Shown here piece by piece: positions 11,535 to 26,949 of a stretch of 64,000 nucleotides of DNA. The notes below the pieces were generated by a model. It searched no databases, had not been told where the DNA came from, and saw nothing but the letters and a program-made list of their open reading frames with translations. Numbering within the stretch: position 1 is the first letter of the stretch; every line of letters starts with the position of its first letter. Origin of the DNA: Felis catus. Its lineage: Eukaryota. The position numbers and the translations under genes are program-made. The stretch is from NCBI RefSeq assembly GCF_018350175.1, contig NC_058368.1, forward strand, positions 117,244,001 to 117,308,000, given 5' to 3'.

Positions 11535-12459
11535 CAAGCCTTCCAACTAATCATCTGGAGGCGACCTTCTTGTGTGGGAGGAAGGGTGGTGTGGACGGTT
11601 TCTGAGATGGAATTGGGGTTTTGTTTCTGAGAGCTGGGTTGCAGAGGGCGGGGTGCTGGCTGCCTGGGTTCTATTCCAGGCACGGCAGTAGATTGGCAGT
11701 GTGTGTGAGCAGCTGTGGTTGGTCCCCTAATTGGTATGTGCGCCTGTAAAGCTCTGAAACAGAAACGCGTGGCTTCTGGTGGAGGAGAGGGAGGAGGCAG
11801 GCAACCTACCCCCACATCCCCAGCCATACTGGGGAGGCAGCTGGCCCAGGCTCCAGCGCTATTTAAAAGGCTTTTATTTCTAGTTCTAGAGCCTGCCAGA
11901 ATGGGTTTGTGGTCCTCTTCAAGCCCCTCATTGTCTATTCTGGGTCTGTTCATAGCTTGTAAGGTTCCTTTGTGTAGGTTACAGCGTGCTCAAGTATGGC
12001 TCTGAGCTGCAAGTCACCTGGAGCATGACCTCTGGCTTCTCACCTCTGCTGGCAGGCTCAGGTTTCTGTCCCCCTCTTCCCCCACATAAATTCCTCTAAT
12101 CTGCAGTGTGGTTGGTCTGTGGCCACCAAGGGGTGGGGGGCAGGGAGACATGAAGAGGGGAGATGGGAGAATCTTCCCTCAGCAAAAGAGCCACAGGTAC
12201 TGCCAGGACCTAGTAGTTCTTGACATGTGGGGGTGCTAGGAGGTGGGGAACTAGAAGTGAGTTCAAGAAAAGGGTTCCAAACCACCAGGCTGCCAAAACA
12301 GAACTGGGGCTCTATTCCTTTGTAAGATGCAAATGTAAGGGCAGAAGCCTAAGCATGGTGTCTGTCTGGCACATATTAGGCACCTTAAGCTTTTTGACAA
12401 TGTCAGATCAACCAGGGATTTGGAAAATAGCTTAAAGTCACAAAGGAGGAGGTAAGGTA

Positions 12460-14252
12460 GTACTGTTTCAATGCTTTATTAACAGTTGGAAACAAACCCA
12501 ACAAACTGGAGGTGATGACATCCCAGAAGCCCAAGAGGCAAGGGAAACAGGTTTGCATTTTGTCTTTTTAAATTTTTTATTAAATGCATCTTAGCAAAAG
12601 TAGATTAAAAAAGAAAGGGTCAAAGCCCCAGATGTCAGCAGGGAAGAGGAGGGGACCCAGGGGAGCAGCCTCCCCCCCACTCAAAGGAGATGCTGTTGCC
12701 CCTTCACACACAGACAGCTGTAGTAAACGGAACCTTTGTTCCTGGCCTGAAGGCCTCCCTGCAGGAAGCCTCAGGTCTCCTGTGTTCCCCCCTTGCTCCA
12801 ACAACTTTAATTCTGGGTCAAGCCTGAGCAGTGTCATTCTCTCTCCTACCTGGGGGTGGAAGCTAAAAGCAAAGGAGGGCAAAGTGTCACCCTGAGCCAG
12901 AGAATCTGAGCTTCCTGGAGCCAGGGCCTCTGAACAGTCTGGCCTACCCACTGTTCATAAGGGAGCAGGGGGACGCTGTGTGGCAACACTACTCACTTGC
13001 CCAGTGTCCAGTTAGCATTTGCACATTTGGCTTGATAAATATATTAAATTTTTATTAAAAACTCTGTGGTCTCAGAGCTCCCACCACTGAGGCCTGGTCC
13101 ACCTCTACCAGAGAAGAGCTCCTCCTGCCCCAGAACTAGATGATGGGAGAGAGAATCTGCACTGGACTTCAAGGGCCCAGAAGGCTTTAGGGTGGAGGTG
13201 GAGGTCCAGGGTGTTGTTCAGGACTGAGGCCTGTGGGGAGAAACCCCAGGGACCCCAGGACCTGCCATCAAAGTCTCTTACATTATGGAGGGGAAAGGGG
13301 GAAGGGATAGTTATTCTCTTAAAAAAAAATTTCATATAAAAATAGATCCATTTGCAAAACAATTTCTCAGCCAGGAGGCTCCACCTCCCATTTCCTTGGA
13401 GACAGAGGGTGAGGTGTTGGGATGGTCACAATAAAGCCCATACTCCAGAGGAGGTGCACCAAAGCTCCGGGGAAGATGTGAGGAGAGACCATGGCTCAGT
13501 AGCCTGGGGCAGGTATAGAAGGTTCACAGAGGCAGGGTCATAAAACATGGCAGCAGGCTGGGGACAGGTCCCACAATGTCTCTATATCCTGCCTGCCCAC
13601 AGGCTCTGGCCTAGGCCATCGTGGAACAGATCAAGTGGTCCAGGTCCTTTTTGTTTTGGGAGGCCCTTCCCAGGAAGGTTTGGGGAGGGGGGGGTTTGCC
13701 TCCCCACTTCTCTGGGCACGGCTCCCAGTGTCACACCACTAGTAATAAATAACAGTAACCGGGAGAGGGAAGAGCAGAGCAGAGGTGACAGCGATGAGAG
13801 GAGGGATACAGCCTAAAGGTTCACAAGCCCCATGCTGTTCTCAGGGCTAGAGAAACCACAAAAGAAAAGCACAAACCCAGCAAGATTGACCAAAGTGAAA
13901 GCCTACTGGAAAGGCAGGGGTTGAGAAAGCAGGTGGGGCCTGGTCTGAGACAAGGCCTCAGAGTGACAGAAGACCGCTGGGGTTAAGGCAGCAAACACGG
14001 AGCCTGCTTTGGTAATACAACAGCCAGGGCGGGCTGGGCTCAGGCCTCCCCACACTGCCTTTTCCTACTGGCCTCCAGGCAGCTGAAGCTGTGTGTGATG
14101 TACAGAGAGCAGCAGGCCAGAGAGTAAGACAGGGTCAAGGTAGTGGGAGCAGCCACCCCAGAGGAATATTTCCGTGACCCTTGAGGCACATGCTGCAGGG
14201 CAAGACAGTCTGGGGCTCCACTAAGGAAGCTGCTGGGGCCATAAGACCCAGC
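12460..14252 (-). other. DIAPH1: DIAPH1 3' UTR
   Basis: Runs from the TAA stop (14255-14253) to just past the distal AATAAA (12480-12475). No interspersed repeats. End is approximate. Confidence 0.85.
12475..12480 (-). terminator. DIAPH1 distal polyadenylation signal AATAAA
   Basis: TTTATT on the + strand, i.e. AATAAA on the - strand, in the context ...AACTGTTAATAAAGCATTGAAACAGTA. Confidence 0.8.
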
Positions 14253-14564
<312 letters not shown>

Positions 14565-14910
14565 CTAACAACATGTGGAATATACTTCCTAGGTGCAGAG
14601 AGCATGTGGTGCAGGCTTTCCTGTGTGAAAACTGTACACAGGTTTGAATATAGCTAGACAGAAGAAATGTCATTCAGGCTTGTTAGGTAAAACTTAAAGA
14701 GGAATGAAGTGCCCAAAATCTGTTTTCTCATCATAGAGTTGTTGGAATTAAATAGACTCAGGCTTAGTAAAGAGTAGTAGTTTTGTTTTCTTGGCTGTTT
14801 TCAGGAATATCCTAGGCCAAAACCATTTCAAGTCAGACCCGGGGAGGCCTGTCCAGCCTTCAGTAGGCTGCTGGGGGCAACTCCTGCAAAGCGGAGCAGC
14901 AGCCACGCGC

Positions 14911-14918
14911 TGACGTCA
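14911..14918. promoter_or_regulatory. Full palindromic CRE (CREB/ATF site)
   Basis: TGACGTCA, flanked by CACGCG (14904-14909) and a second ACGTCA half-site (14924-14929). Confidence 0.55.
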
Positions 14919-15404
14919 AGTGCACGTCACACTCCCATGTGTACCCCTACCCCCCTTCCCTCTCCCCATGCCCACATGCCCAGCTCTTCCCCACCTCTTC
15001 AGGAGTAGCAGCTGGGAGACAAATGCCAAGGGCCCTACAAGGTATGTATGTCGGGGTGGGGGTGAGTGGGTAATGAAAGCTATGTCAGCAAAGGCAGAGC
15101 TGCAGTCAAGAATGGTGAGGACAGGCCCCTACAAAGAAATCTCATTCCAATGTGTTAAGGGATGGTGACACTCCAGTTGTAATCTTAGAAAGAGAAGATC
15201 CAATTAAGCCATGAGTTTCTGTTCTCACTGCTGGGAGCCATCCCTAAGACTGTCACAATTTATGGAATGCAGATTTATGGCCCCAGTATCTTCATTCAAC
15301 ACAAAGGCAGTTCCTTGGGACCATGCCCATCTCATGTTCTCTGCTTCTTCCCATGCCCTACAAAACAGCACAGAAAGACCACATGTACACAAAGAGCTGC
15401 CTGC

Positions 15405-15672
15405 CTGGGTCAAAGAAGCCAGACACAAAGGCTAAACGTGCTATGATTCCATTTCTATGAAATGTCTAGAATGGGTACATCTAGAGAGACAGAAAGTAGA
15501 TTCACGATTGCCAGGGGCTGGGGGAATGACTGCCAGTGGGGATGGGGGTTCCTTCTGGGGAGGTAAAAATGTTTTGGAATTAGTGGTTACACAAACTTAA
15601 AAATATACTGAAACCACTAAGATTGTAGACTTTAAAAGGGTGAATTCTAAGCATTTGATTTATATCTAAAAA
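15405..15672 (+). mobile_element. Old L1M (L1MB-like) 3' fragment
   Basis: gaagccagacacaaag...atgattccatttctatgaaatgtc...gaaagtagatt...gccaggggctgggg. Confidence 0.7.
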
Positions 15673-16650
15673 AACCCAGCTTTTGCTGGGTCATGGGAAA
15701 GATGAGTGGAGAAAGCAGTACCTCAGCCTTACAGAAGCAAGAACAGCTTGCTAAATGATGGGGGCAGCTCTGGGACAGGTGCAGGAATGAAGAGGTCCAG
15801 AGGAAGCAGTGAACAAAGCGCCCATAACACCTTTGCCTTGTTTGGACCAGCAAAAAGCTTTAGGCAGCGCAGAAGCCAAACAGGGGGAAGGCCCACCCTT
15901 TCACTAGAGAGCCAGCACTGCTGTGTTCACACAACAGAGGCCACCCCTAGGTCAGGGAGCACACTGCATGCCCACAGGTTACCAGTGTATAGGTCTCCTC
16001 CAACTCCTCCTGCCAGGGGCACAATGGACTGTCTAACAAGAGGAGAAAGAAGAGTGAAGGCCCTGACTGAGAGGCACAAGGGCTCACCCTCTGGTTCCAG
16101 GTGGAAGGTATGTGACCTATACTCTAGGTGTTCCACACAGGCCACTACTTTGACTATAAACATGTGCTACCGCCTCAGTGACTGGGGTGGGGACAGTGTG
16201 ACTAGGGAAGTCTACATGTATGTGCTTAGATCTTCTTAGCCTCAGCCCCACTTAGTTTCTGCTCTTCTCTAAATTTACTCCCTTCTCTAGGACCCTACTT
16301 CTCATGTCCAGAAAGGCAATGGCTTGATGTCACTCAAGTGTGCCTGTGTATTTATCCTCTAGCAGTTGAGAAAATATTGCCAACTATTTGTGTGTGACTA
16401 AAGAAATGCATTTGTGTTGAAATAATTTGACTCCAGACCCCAGAGGGAAAAGAATACTGGGTTTTCAGGGAGACCTGTCCTGGGCAACATGGGAAAAGTC
16501 TGGTTTCTTCCTCTAAACTAAGTTGATACCAGTTGTACCTAATCAAGCAGTGTTTCTAGGTTTTCTAGATTCCAAAAGATTCTGATGCTTTACAGGTTTC
16601 ACAAAAACTAAGAGTGGATGGTAGGTGGGGGGAAGACCAAAACTTCCCTT

Positions 16651-16859
16651 AAAAAAATTTTTTTTTTAGTGTTTGTTTTTGAGAGAGAGAGAGCGCGCAC
16701 ATGAGCGGGTGAGGGGCAGAGAGGGAGACAGAATCCGAAGCAGGCTCCAGGCTGAGCTGTTAGCACAGAGCCCGACACGGGGCCCAAACTCATGGACTGT
16801 GAGATCATGACTTGAGTTGAAGTATGACACTTAACCAACTGAGCCACCCAGGTGCCCCC
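16651..16859 (-). mobile_element. Feline CAN-SINE
   Basis: Full head and tail. TSD aaaacttccctt (16639-16650 / 16860-16871). Confidence 0.92.
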
Positions 16860-19800
16860 AAAACTTCCCTTTTAAGCCTAGAAAGTACACAGGGATGTGG
16901 CCTAAGATGTGGCCTTTCTCAGAAATGAGAAAGCTCTTATTGGAACTGGAAAGAGAATCAACAGAACTCAAGAATTCTGGCTTCCACTCTGTCTTCGGGG
17001 CCACAATTATACTCAACAGTTTGAACAATTAAGAAAAAGTGAGCTTTCCCCTCCTTTCCCTATCTTGAGTACTTGAGACTATTGACAAGTAGCCATAGAA
17101 GCAGATACATAATTTGACTATATTAGATCAAGGAGGATTATTAACTCAGAATAGTCTCACAGCCTGTGGGGAAAAGGGAACAATGTTGAGACTTGGGTCA
17201 AAGGTCTCTGAAGACAGATTCCTAGAAGTTCAGGTGGGCTAAGATAAAAACATCAGCAAAATCCACCAAGCATATTATAACTAGAAAAAGGTCAATGATT
17301 TGGAAAAAAGACATTTACATTTATAAAATGCAGGCTAGAAACTGCTACTGAAGAGGAAGTGTTCTTGTTAATAAGCTTCCTTGGGGGAGAGGAAACTAGG
17401 ACAGATGAGACAGTCATTACTGTCCTAAAAGAACTCATTACTGTCTAAAACTTGCCTAATTATAATACCTGTCCTATTTTTACAAAAGCAGAGGGAGAAT
17501 AAGTGGTCATGTAGGAAATACTCTTAACCTTCTATAGACAGGTAGACATCAGAAAACTCCCTGAAGCAACGGTACCGTGTCCAGTGCTCTCTGCCAGAAG
17601 GTATGAAAGAATACTCTGGCCTACACAGAGGGGTCACTGTCCTCTCCGGTCCATCAAGTAGGCTTAGTGGAAATAGCCCTGGACTTGGAATCACAAAAGG
17701 GGGCTACAGTTCTAGCTCTAGCTCTTCAGATCTGGGAGAGGAAGAGCTTATCTGGGTCTTAATTATTTTCATCTATGAGGAGGTCAGATGCCAATCACTA
17801 AGGTCTTTAGAGGCTCTCCTGACTCTAAGGTTCTATTAGTGTAGGTGGAGCTTAGAGGGAAGGAAAGGAAAAGAAAGATGAATTTCTTCCTTGATTTTTA
17901 TCCCAGTGGGCAGATGGCCTGTATATAAGAGGCCACAATTCAGACATGGAGATAAAGTTGAGTCATTAAAACCACACGCTGACTCAATCGTCAGCCTGAA
18001 ATAGTAGCTGTAATACAATCACATGGATTCTTCCCTTTGACACTCAAACCATTGTTCTCCCACACCCTGCAGATCACAGCAGTTTACATGTCACTTTTAA
18101 TGAACCGGCCCTGATAGTAACTCTCCTTTTCTAACTCAATGGTTCTTTGTATACTTTCTACTCAGTATACACTCCCTCGGGTCTCCAGAGACGGGAAGAT
18201 TTTTTTTTTTTTTTAAACATTCCTTTAAATACTAAGGAAAAGGCCAGGGTCTTTGAGACTGGGACAGCTGGGACTGAGGAGGCCTGTGAGGCAGATCTGC
18301 TTCACAGGGCTTCAGTTTTTTGGCTCAAAGCAATTGATCACAAGGGATAGAGGAGGCCAAGCAAGGAATGGACCAGCTAAGTGCAGGAGCCACTGAAGGA
18401 AACCTGTAGCCACCAGGGCCTATTTTATAGTTTGAGAACGGGGCCTTCTGAGTCCAGCCTCTTTTATGTCTTCTCTTATTCTTTTGTCCCATGACAACAG
18501 GATTTTTAAAGCTGGAAAGGACCCAAGAGACCATTTTAGTCCAGCTCAAGAAGAAACAGAATCGCCTACAATTGTCCAAGGTACATAGCATCAGAGTTAC
18601 TTGACTCTGGGTCTTTTGATTTCTACCTAGTCTGATGCTGGTCACACTCTACTGTGATAGAACCTTTACAGCTAGTGTGAGGCCAGATCACTTGAGAGGA
18701 CATGAATGCACTGTCTAAGCAGGATACCAGAGTAAGTCAAAGTGTCTCCCCTAAGAGATTCTCCTAGACACCCAGAGCCCAGGAAGATTAGGTTACAGGA
18801 TGGAACCAATTTAAAAATCATGTAGTTCTCTGCTGCACTATCTCCTAGTATCATTCTCCTATTCCTTCTTACCCTGGGAAAATAGCATTTTGACTAATTT
18901 GGATCCTCTGCTGAAAGGTTATGTTCCAATAAAATCCCTGCTTCCTCTGCCTGTGAGTCCTGGTTTCCTACTTGGGAAGAAGTAGAGAATGGGGCCTCCC
19001 CCACAGAGGGAAGACATTGATGTCTGGCTGCCTGTGTACAGGAAGCATCTGGCATTCTAGTATAGTTTCAGAGGAAGAGGCTTAAAAAGGGAATTCCCCA
19101 CCAAAAATCGGATGCCGGTTGGCATTTAGCTGAGAGAGTCAACAGTGAGATGCAATGTACTTTCTTTTGGCTAGAAATACCTCATGTAAGGCCACATCAC
19201 TTTATATGGTGAGTAGAGAACAATGTCACAAGAACCTGTAAAAACTAAACAAAATAAATACTACCAGCTGCACTCTCTGCTTAAACATTGATCTGTAAGA
19301 CTAAACGTACCCAGGAAGTTCTAAGTCCATCGTAATCACCTATTCTTGCACTAGAGAACCTCTTCTCAAAGGATGCCAAGACTTGTAAATGAGGGATTCT
19401 CCTATTTAGGGAAGGTTCAGAGGTTGTACAGAAGAGCCCTCAGAAGGGAATTTCCCTTTGGGAATTCAGAGTATGGGCAAAAATAGGCAGCAACCTTTGG
19501 GCCAGGACACTAAGTTTATGGCAGCTAGCATGCTCTATACCCTTCATCCCAGGGTCCCCTTTCCAGGCTATGATAGGTACTTTAAGCCCTACAGATACCT
19601 CTGTGTTAACAGCTACGCACTGGCCAAAGCAAGCTGCACACCTCCTCCTTACGATAACCTTAAAGCGCTTTCAAACAGACCTACAGAATATACCAGCCAG
19701 GGAATAGGGAACACATCTTTAACTCTCTCAAAAATAGAAACCCTTGATGACTGCCTTTTCTGTTATTCCCACCCTCAACCTAGGAAAAAAGCCATCACTC

Positions 19801-20430
19801 CTAGTCCCAAAGGGCCTTCGCCAGACCCAATGGTGCAAGTCAGCCCTGCATGAGGGACGGTGTTGGCTCTACCTTCTCGTGGACTAGTCTCTTAGCCACT
19901 GTGCGCTTCCCTCCAAGGAAACTTATCTACCGATCCTTCCCCCATATGAATGCCTGGATCATCTGTCCTCCTATCCTCGTAATTCTTCTTAGAGGCTCTG
20001 GTTCAACTTAATCCACTTATATCTTCTGAGGGTTGTGGGGGAGTAAATAGGGAACACAAAGGCAGTGGAAGCTAACTCACCCAAGAAAAGGCAGTTGTCA
20101 GAGACAGTTCTTCCAATGGATTGCTGCTCTTTATTATTACATGTGAGGATAATGATGCCTAACCTTCTCTGTCTTTTCTGCTTGTGAAGTTGAGTAAGGA
20201 CTCAACTTTTCTTTGTATTTCCTACATCAAATGTACACTTTCAGTCCCACGAGACCTAGTTCTTCAGGTCAGTGCTTTCTAATATGGGAGGAAGAGGCCT
20301 CGACAACCCACTCTTAATGCAGGGCCTACTGAGAGGAAGTTTCTAAACTGTCAGAGCATCTTTACCCGTTCTTCAGCCCAAGACAAACAGCCTCACCCCT
20401 TCCAAGCCCAGGCTGGGCTTCCCCTGCTCA

Positions 20431-20619
<189 letters not shown>

Positions 20620-21109
20620 TCACCCACAGTGGCTAAGGGCTGAGAGCAGACAGAGGGCCCAACCCCACAGCCCATGTTTACTTGCATCTGTTTGAAAATG
20701 TTTAAAAGAAAAGGTTTGGCTGCCTATTAACCACTGCAGACCTTGGGGTATTTCCTGGCAGTACCCTCCTTCCTATCCCAACTAGGACTAGCACAGAGAA
20801 TTGCAGAAATGCCCAAGTCTAATTCCAGAATAAGCACACAGACTGGGATTATGAAATTAATATGGAATATTATCACTCGCTCTTTATCCTAAAGTGTTTC
20901 ACTCCAGTTCACATAAACATGTCAGGGAGAGCCTGGTTCCAGTTTCAGAGCAGGGCTGAGGAAAAAGGAGAAACCCCTGATCAAGACTGAATTTCTCGTA
21001 AGTACTGACCCCTGTGGCTGCATCTTCCAGAACCAGCTCAGCATGTAAGCAGAGCATCCTGGCTGGAATGTAAAGAGTTAATGTAGAATTCTTGTTCCAG
21101 CCAGGCTCT

Positions 21110-21123
21110 GTTTCCATGGCAAC
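21110..21123. promoter_or_regulatory. RFX X-box
   Basis: GTTTCCATGGCAAC, a near-palindromic consensus X-box, ~80 bp from the strong CTCF motif. Confidence 0.65.
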
Positions 21124-21205
21124 AGCTCAGGGTGGTGAAATCTGAAACTGAAATCCCAAGGAGCCCGCGGGCTTGTTAGCTACAAGGCTGGGCTCACTGC
21201 TCCCC

Positions 21206-21237
21206 GCGCCACCTGCTGGCTGAACATCACCAGTGCA
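21206..21237 (-). promoter_or_regulatory. Consensus CTCF motif, reverse orientation, DIAPH1 intron 26
   Basis: Minus strand reads CCAGCAGGTGGCGC (21219-21206), with TGCACTG 18 nt upstream. CpGs are retained locally. Confidence 0.8.
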
Positions 21238-22394
21238 GGTGACCTACATTTCCAACCTCCTGCATTGCCTTGGGGACCCAGGCCAGGGCCAGGTCTTGCT
21301 GCACAGCCAGGTGAGTAGGTGCAGCTTTCATCCTGCATGTCAGCTGGACTCCACCTTTCCCTACATCTAGGGACAAACCCTGGCCGCCAGGGGAGAAAGG
21401 GGGAAAGTGAAAGATACTTGGCGTGGGCTTTAACAGCATTTGCAGAACAAAATGTTGTGGCTTATATATATAACTATAGGAAGGACTGTGGAAATGCTTC
21501 CCAGAAAAATAGGAAGAAAAGAAAAAAGTGTAGGCTGTTCTGCTCCTTAAGGTCCCGGGCCTCATCACAACAGGAGCTGCCAAAGAAAAGTCCTTGGGAG
21601 GAAGAGGTGCTAGAGCAGCTCTGGTCTCTTGTGCTCAGCAAAGCACTTGATTCTTGCCAGACTTGGAGGCCCTAAGAACCCCTTTACTTAGATGGCTGGT
21701 GGTGCCTCAGGTTCAAGAAGGGTGGCATCAGCTAAATTCTGTGCACAATGTATACTACAGTTCTCCTCACAGAAGGAGCTGACAGAGGCGGGGGCAGGGC
21801 ATAAGCAGCAGGAAGGCAGCAGAGACCGGAAACAGAAGGCCAGTAATTAAGGCCATATGTTTCAACAAAGACATGCTTCTGGTAGTGAAACAGATTCTGC
21901 TAACGAAAAAAGAGAGTGGCCAGCTCCCATGCCCCCTCTCCACAAGTGCAATCCCTTTATAATCTGATAGGTACACGCAGTTATGTGTGCACAGTGTGGA
22001 CAACTCTGCTGAAGTACTGAGGACACAGCCCTTAGTGAAAATAAGCACAAAGGGAGGGCAAGCCACCAGTAAGAGATGGGAGTGGGTCCAGGAAAACATT
22101 CTGGGGAAAAGAACAGAAGATTTAGTAGAGGATACAAAGAACAGGCCAGCGGAACATTCGGACGGGCAGAACAATACGTGTTACAGCAGTCCTAGATCAC
22201 TGGGGAGATGAGACCTAATGCGGGAAAACTGGCAAAGGAGAGAGAAGGGCTTGAGCTCGGAGAACTGGATCGCGCATGCAGGGGAGCTGAGGTGAAAGTC
22301 CAGCATCAGGCTCTTGGAGGTAGAAGACTGCCAACAATCTTTTGCCAGGAGCTGAGCTCAGACATGAGCTGTTCTCTCTGGCCTCTACATTCTA

Positions 22395-23622
<1,228 letters not shown>

Positions 23623-24259
23623 TCATGATGAGTCTCAAGACCCTCAGCCTCCAGTCTTTGGGGCCCAGGCTGTCTGTCCATACAGCTGTACCCAGTTATC
23701 CTGGCTCTCACGCTCTCTCCTCTAGCTGTTTCCCACATTTCAGTTTCCATCTTTCTAGTTCAACTATAAATTACTTGATAACTGAACCTCCAGCCTCCAC
23801 AAGGAGAAGACAGGTTTCATTTAATTTAACAAGAACCTATGAAATTCCCTGGGATCTTGGTCTCATTTATTGTAGGGCACACAGTTGAAGGGGAAGGAGA
23901 TATACACAGAAATACAGAGGAAGGGCAGAAATCTGTTCCCATTTCTACCGAATGCTGCTTTTTCTTTGTGTAGTTCCAGGATGATGAGGCCTGATTTTTG
24001 ACAATCTAGTCCATGCTTTCTGAATAAAAATAACTGCTGACCTAGACTAAAAACACCTACCTTTCTTCCAGTTGTTTTTTAGTATTTGGGATTTCCCTAA
24101 GAAAGGAAAGAGTGCTTCCCACTTCTATACACGGAGACCTCCCCTCTGCCTGATAATCCTCTCCCCGTGGCTTAGACATCATGCCTAAACCCTCTCCCAT
24201 TCCCACCTAGAATAGGCAGAACTGAAAATTATCTAAGATAAGATCTAGACCGTGTCTTA

Positions 24260-25382
<1,123 letters not shown>

Positions 25383-25408
25383 CTAGACCATTATGCTAGA
25401 GGACCTCA

Positions 25409-25597
<189 letters not shown>

Positions 25598-26283
25598 CTA
25601 TTAAAAACCTCCACCAGCTCCCCACTGCCTCTGTAGCTAAAATCCAAGTTCTTGAGTCCAGTGTGGAAGGTTCCCACCTCCCAGCTTTCTCTCTCATGAA
25701 TCCCCACATTTTGGCATATACCAGCTACACCGTTCGAAGTACACATTCAACAAACACTGGCTCCTGGCCTTTGCTCACACGGGAAGATTTTGATCTTCTC
25801 TATCTCTATACATCCAAGCTACTCACCCCACTCTATTTTTAGTTCCCCACTCCCATGACTCCAGCCTCAAAGCTGCCACTGCCTTCAACTGCTGATTCTT
25901 AAACTGCCATATCCCCATTCGCCAACAAACACATCCTGTCTTCCTGTTTTAGCACCAGTCTCTACAGTGACCCCTCAACCTCATCAGAGCACATGCACGT
26001 ACTCTCTCTGGTGGGAGAGCCTGACCATTCCATTTTCTCTGGATGTACGAGTTCCACTTCACCTCCACCCTCCAGTATAGAGTTTCACTCAGTTTCTACT
26101 ATTACTGCCATTTCCATTACTACTATTCCTGTTTTGTTTCCTTCTCCTTCCAGTCTCTGGTCAATCCAGAGCTCTCATCGCTCTCTTCTGGCACCTGGGC
26201 TAATGAATACCACTGGCAAAGACTCTGAAGATCACAGTTCATCAGTGTGTAGCGGCACCAATGATAGCGGGGGTCTCAGCACT

Positions 26284-26297
26284 GCGCCCTCTTGCAA
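26284..26297 (-). promoter_or_regulatory. CTCF-like motif, reverse orientation
   Basis: Minus strand reads TTGCAAGAGGGCGC. Good 3' half, divergent 5' end. Confidence 0.4.
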
Positions 26298-26949
26298 GCT
26301 CCTCCCAAAATATCCTCATTCTCGCAACTGTCCCACCACTTCTGATTTTTAAGATATTGTTTCTCTTCGCTGAAAAAAACTGAAGCCACTGGTCAAATCA
26401 CTTGCCAAGCATTTTCTTATGCACTGGAGGTCATCAGTGAGAGCCAGAATAGACAAGGCTTATGTAAAGACTGTGTGGAATTATAGAGAAGAAGCCTTGT
26501 GCCAACAGTTCTGTCAGCTTATCAGCAACTACACCCATGTACTCATCCTTTTCTTGTGTCTCAAAAGAACACGTGGCCCTGAGGACCTTTTCCTTCAGTG
26601 CATACATGTAATCCAGTTTCTACCATCTAAAAAACAAAAAACCAAAACCCTGACTTGAAACTCCTAACTGCCAACTTCTTTCCCTCACTGTCTAACATTC
26701 TAACAGCACAGCAGTCTGTTCACTTCCACTGCCTCAGTTCTCATCTATTCTCCTGTCCCTAGAGTCCATGACAAGACTGTGAACATCAGATGTGGTATCT
26801 TACACATAACCTACATACATGATCTCATTTCACCCTATTCATAATATCCCCATACGTCTGTAGTATTAGCCTCATTTCATAGAAACCTAATATTTAAAGT
26901 TAAGCTATTCAAATCCAAGGTCACACTGCCAGTAATTGTTAGAAGCAGG

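Noticed and set aside
15706..16239. 177-aa plus-strand ORF in the last DIAPH1 intron
   Set aside because: Non-ATG start, no recognisable homology and no supporting splice or polyA structure.
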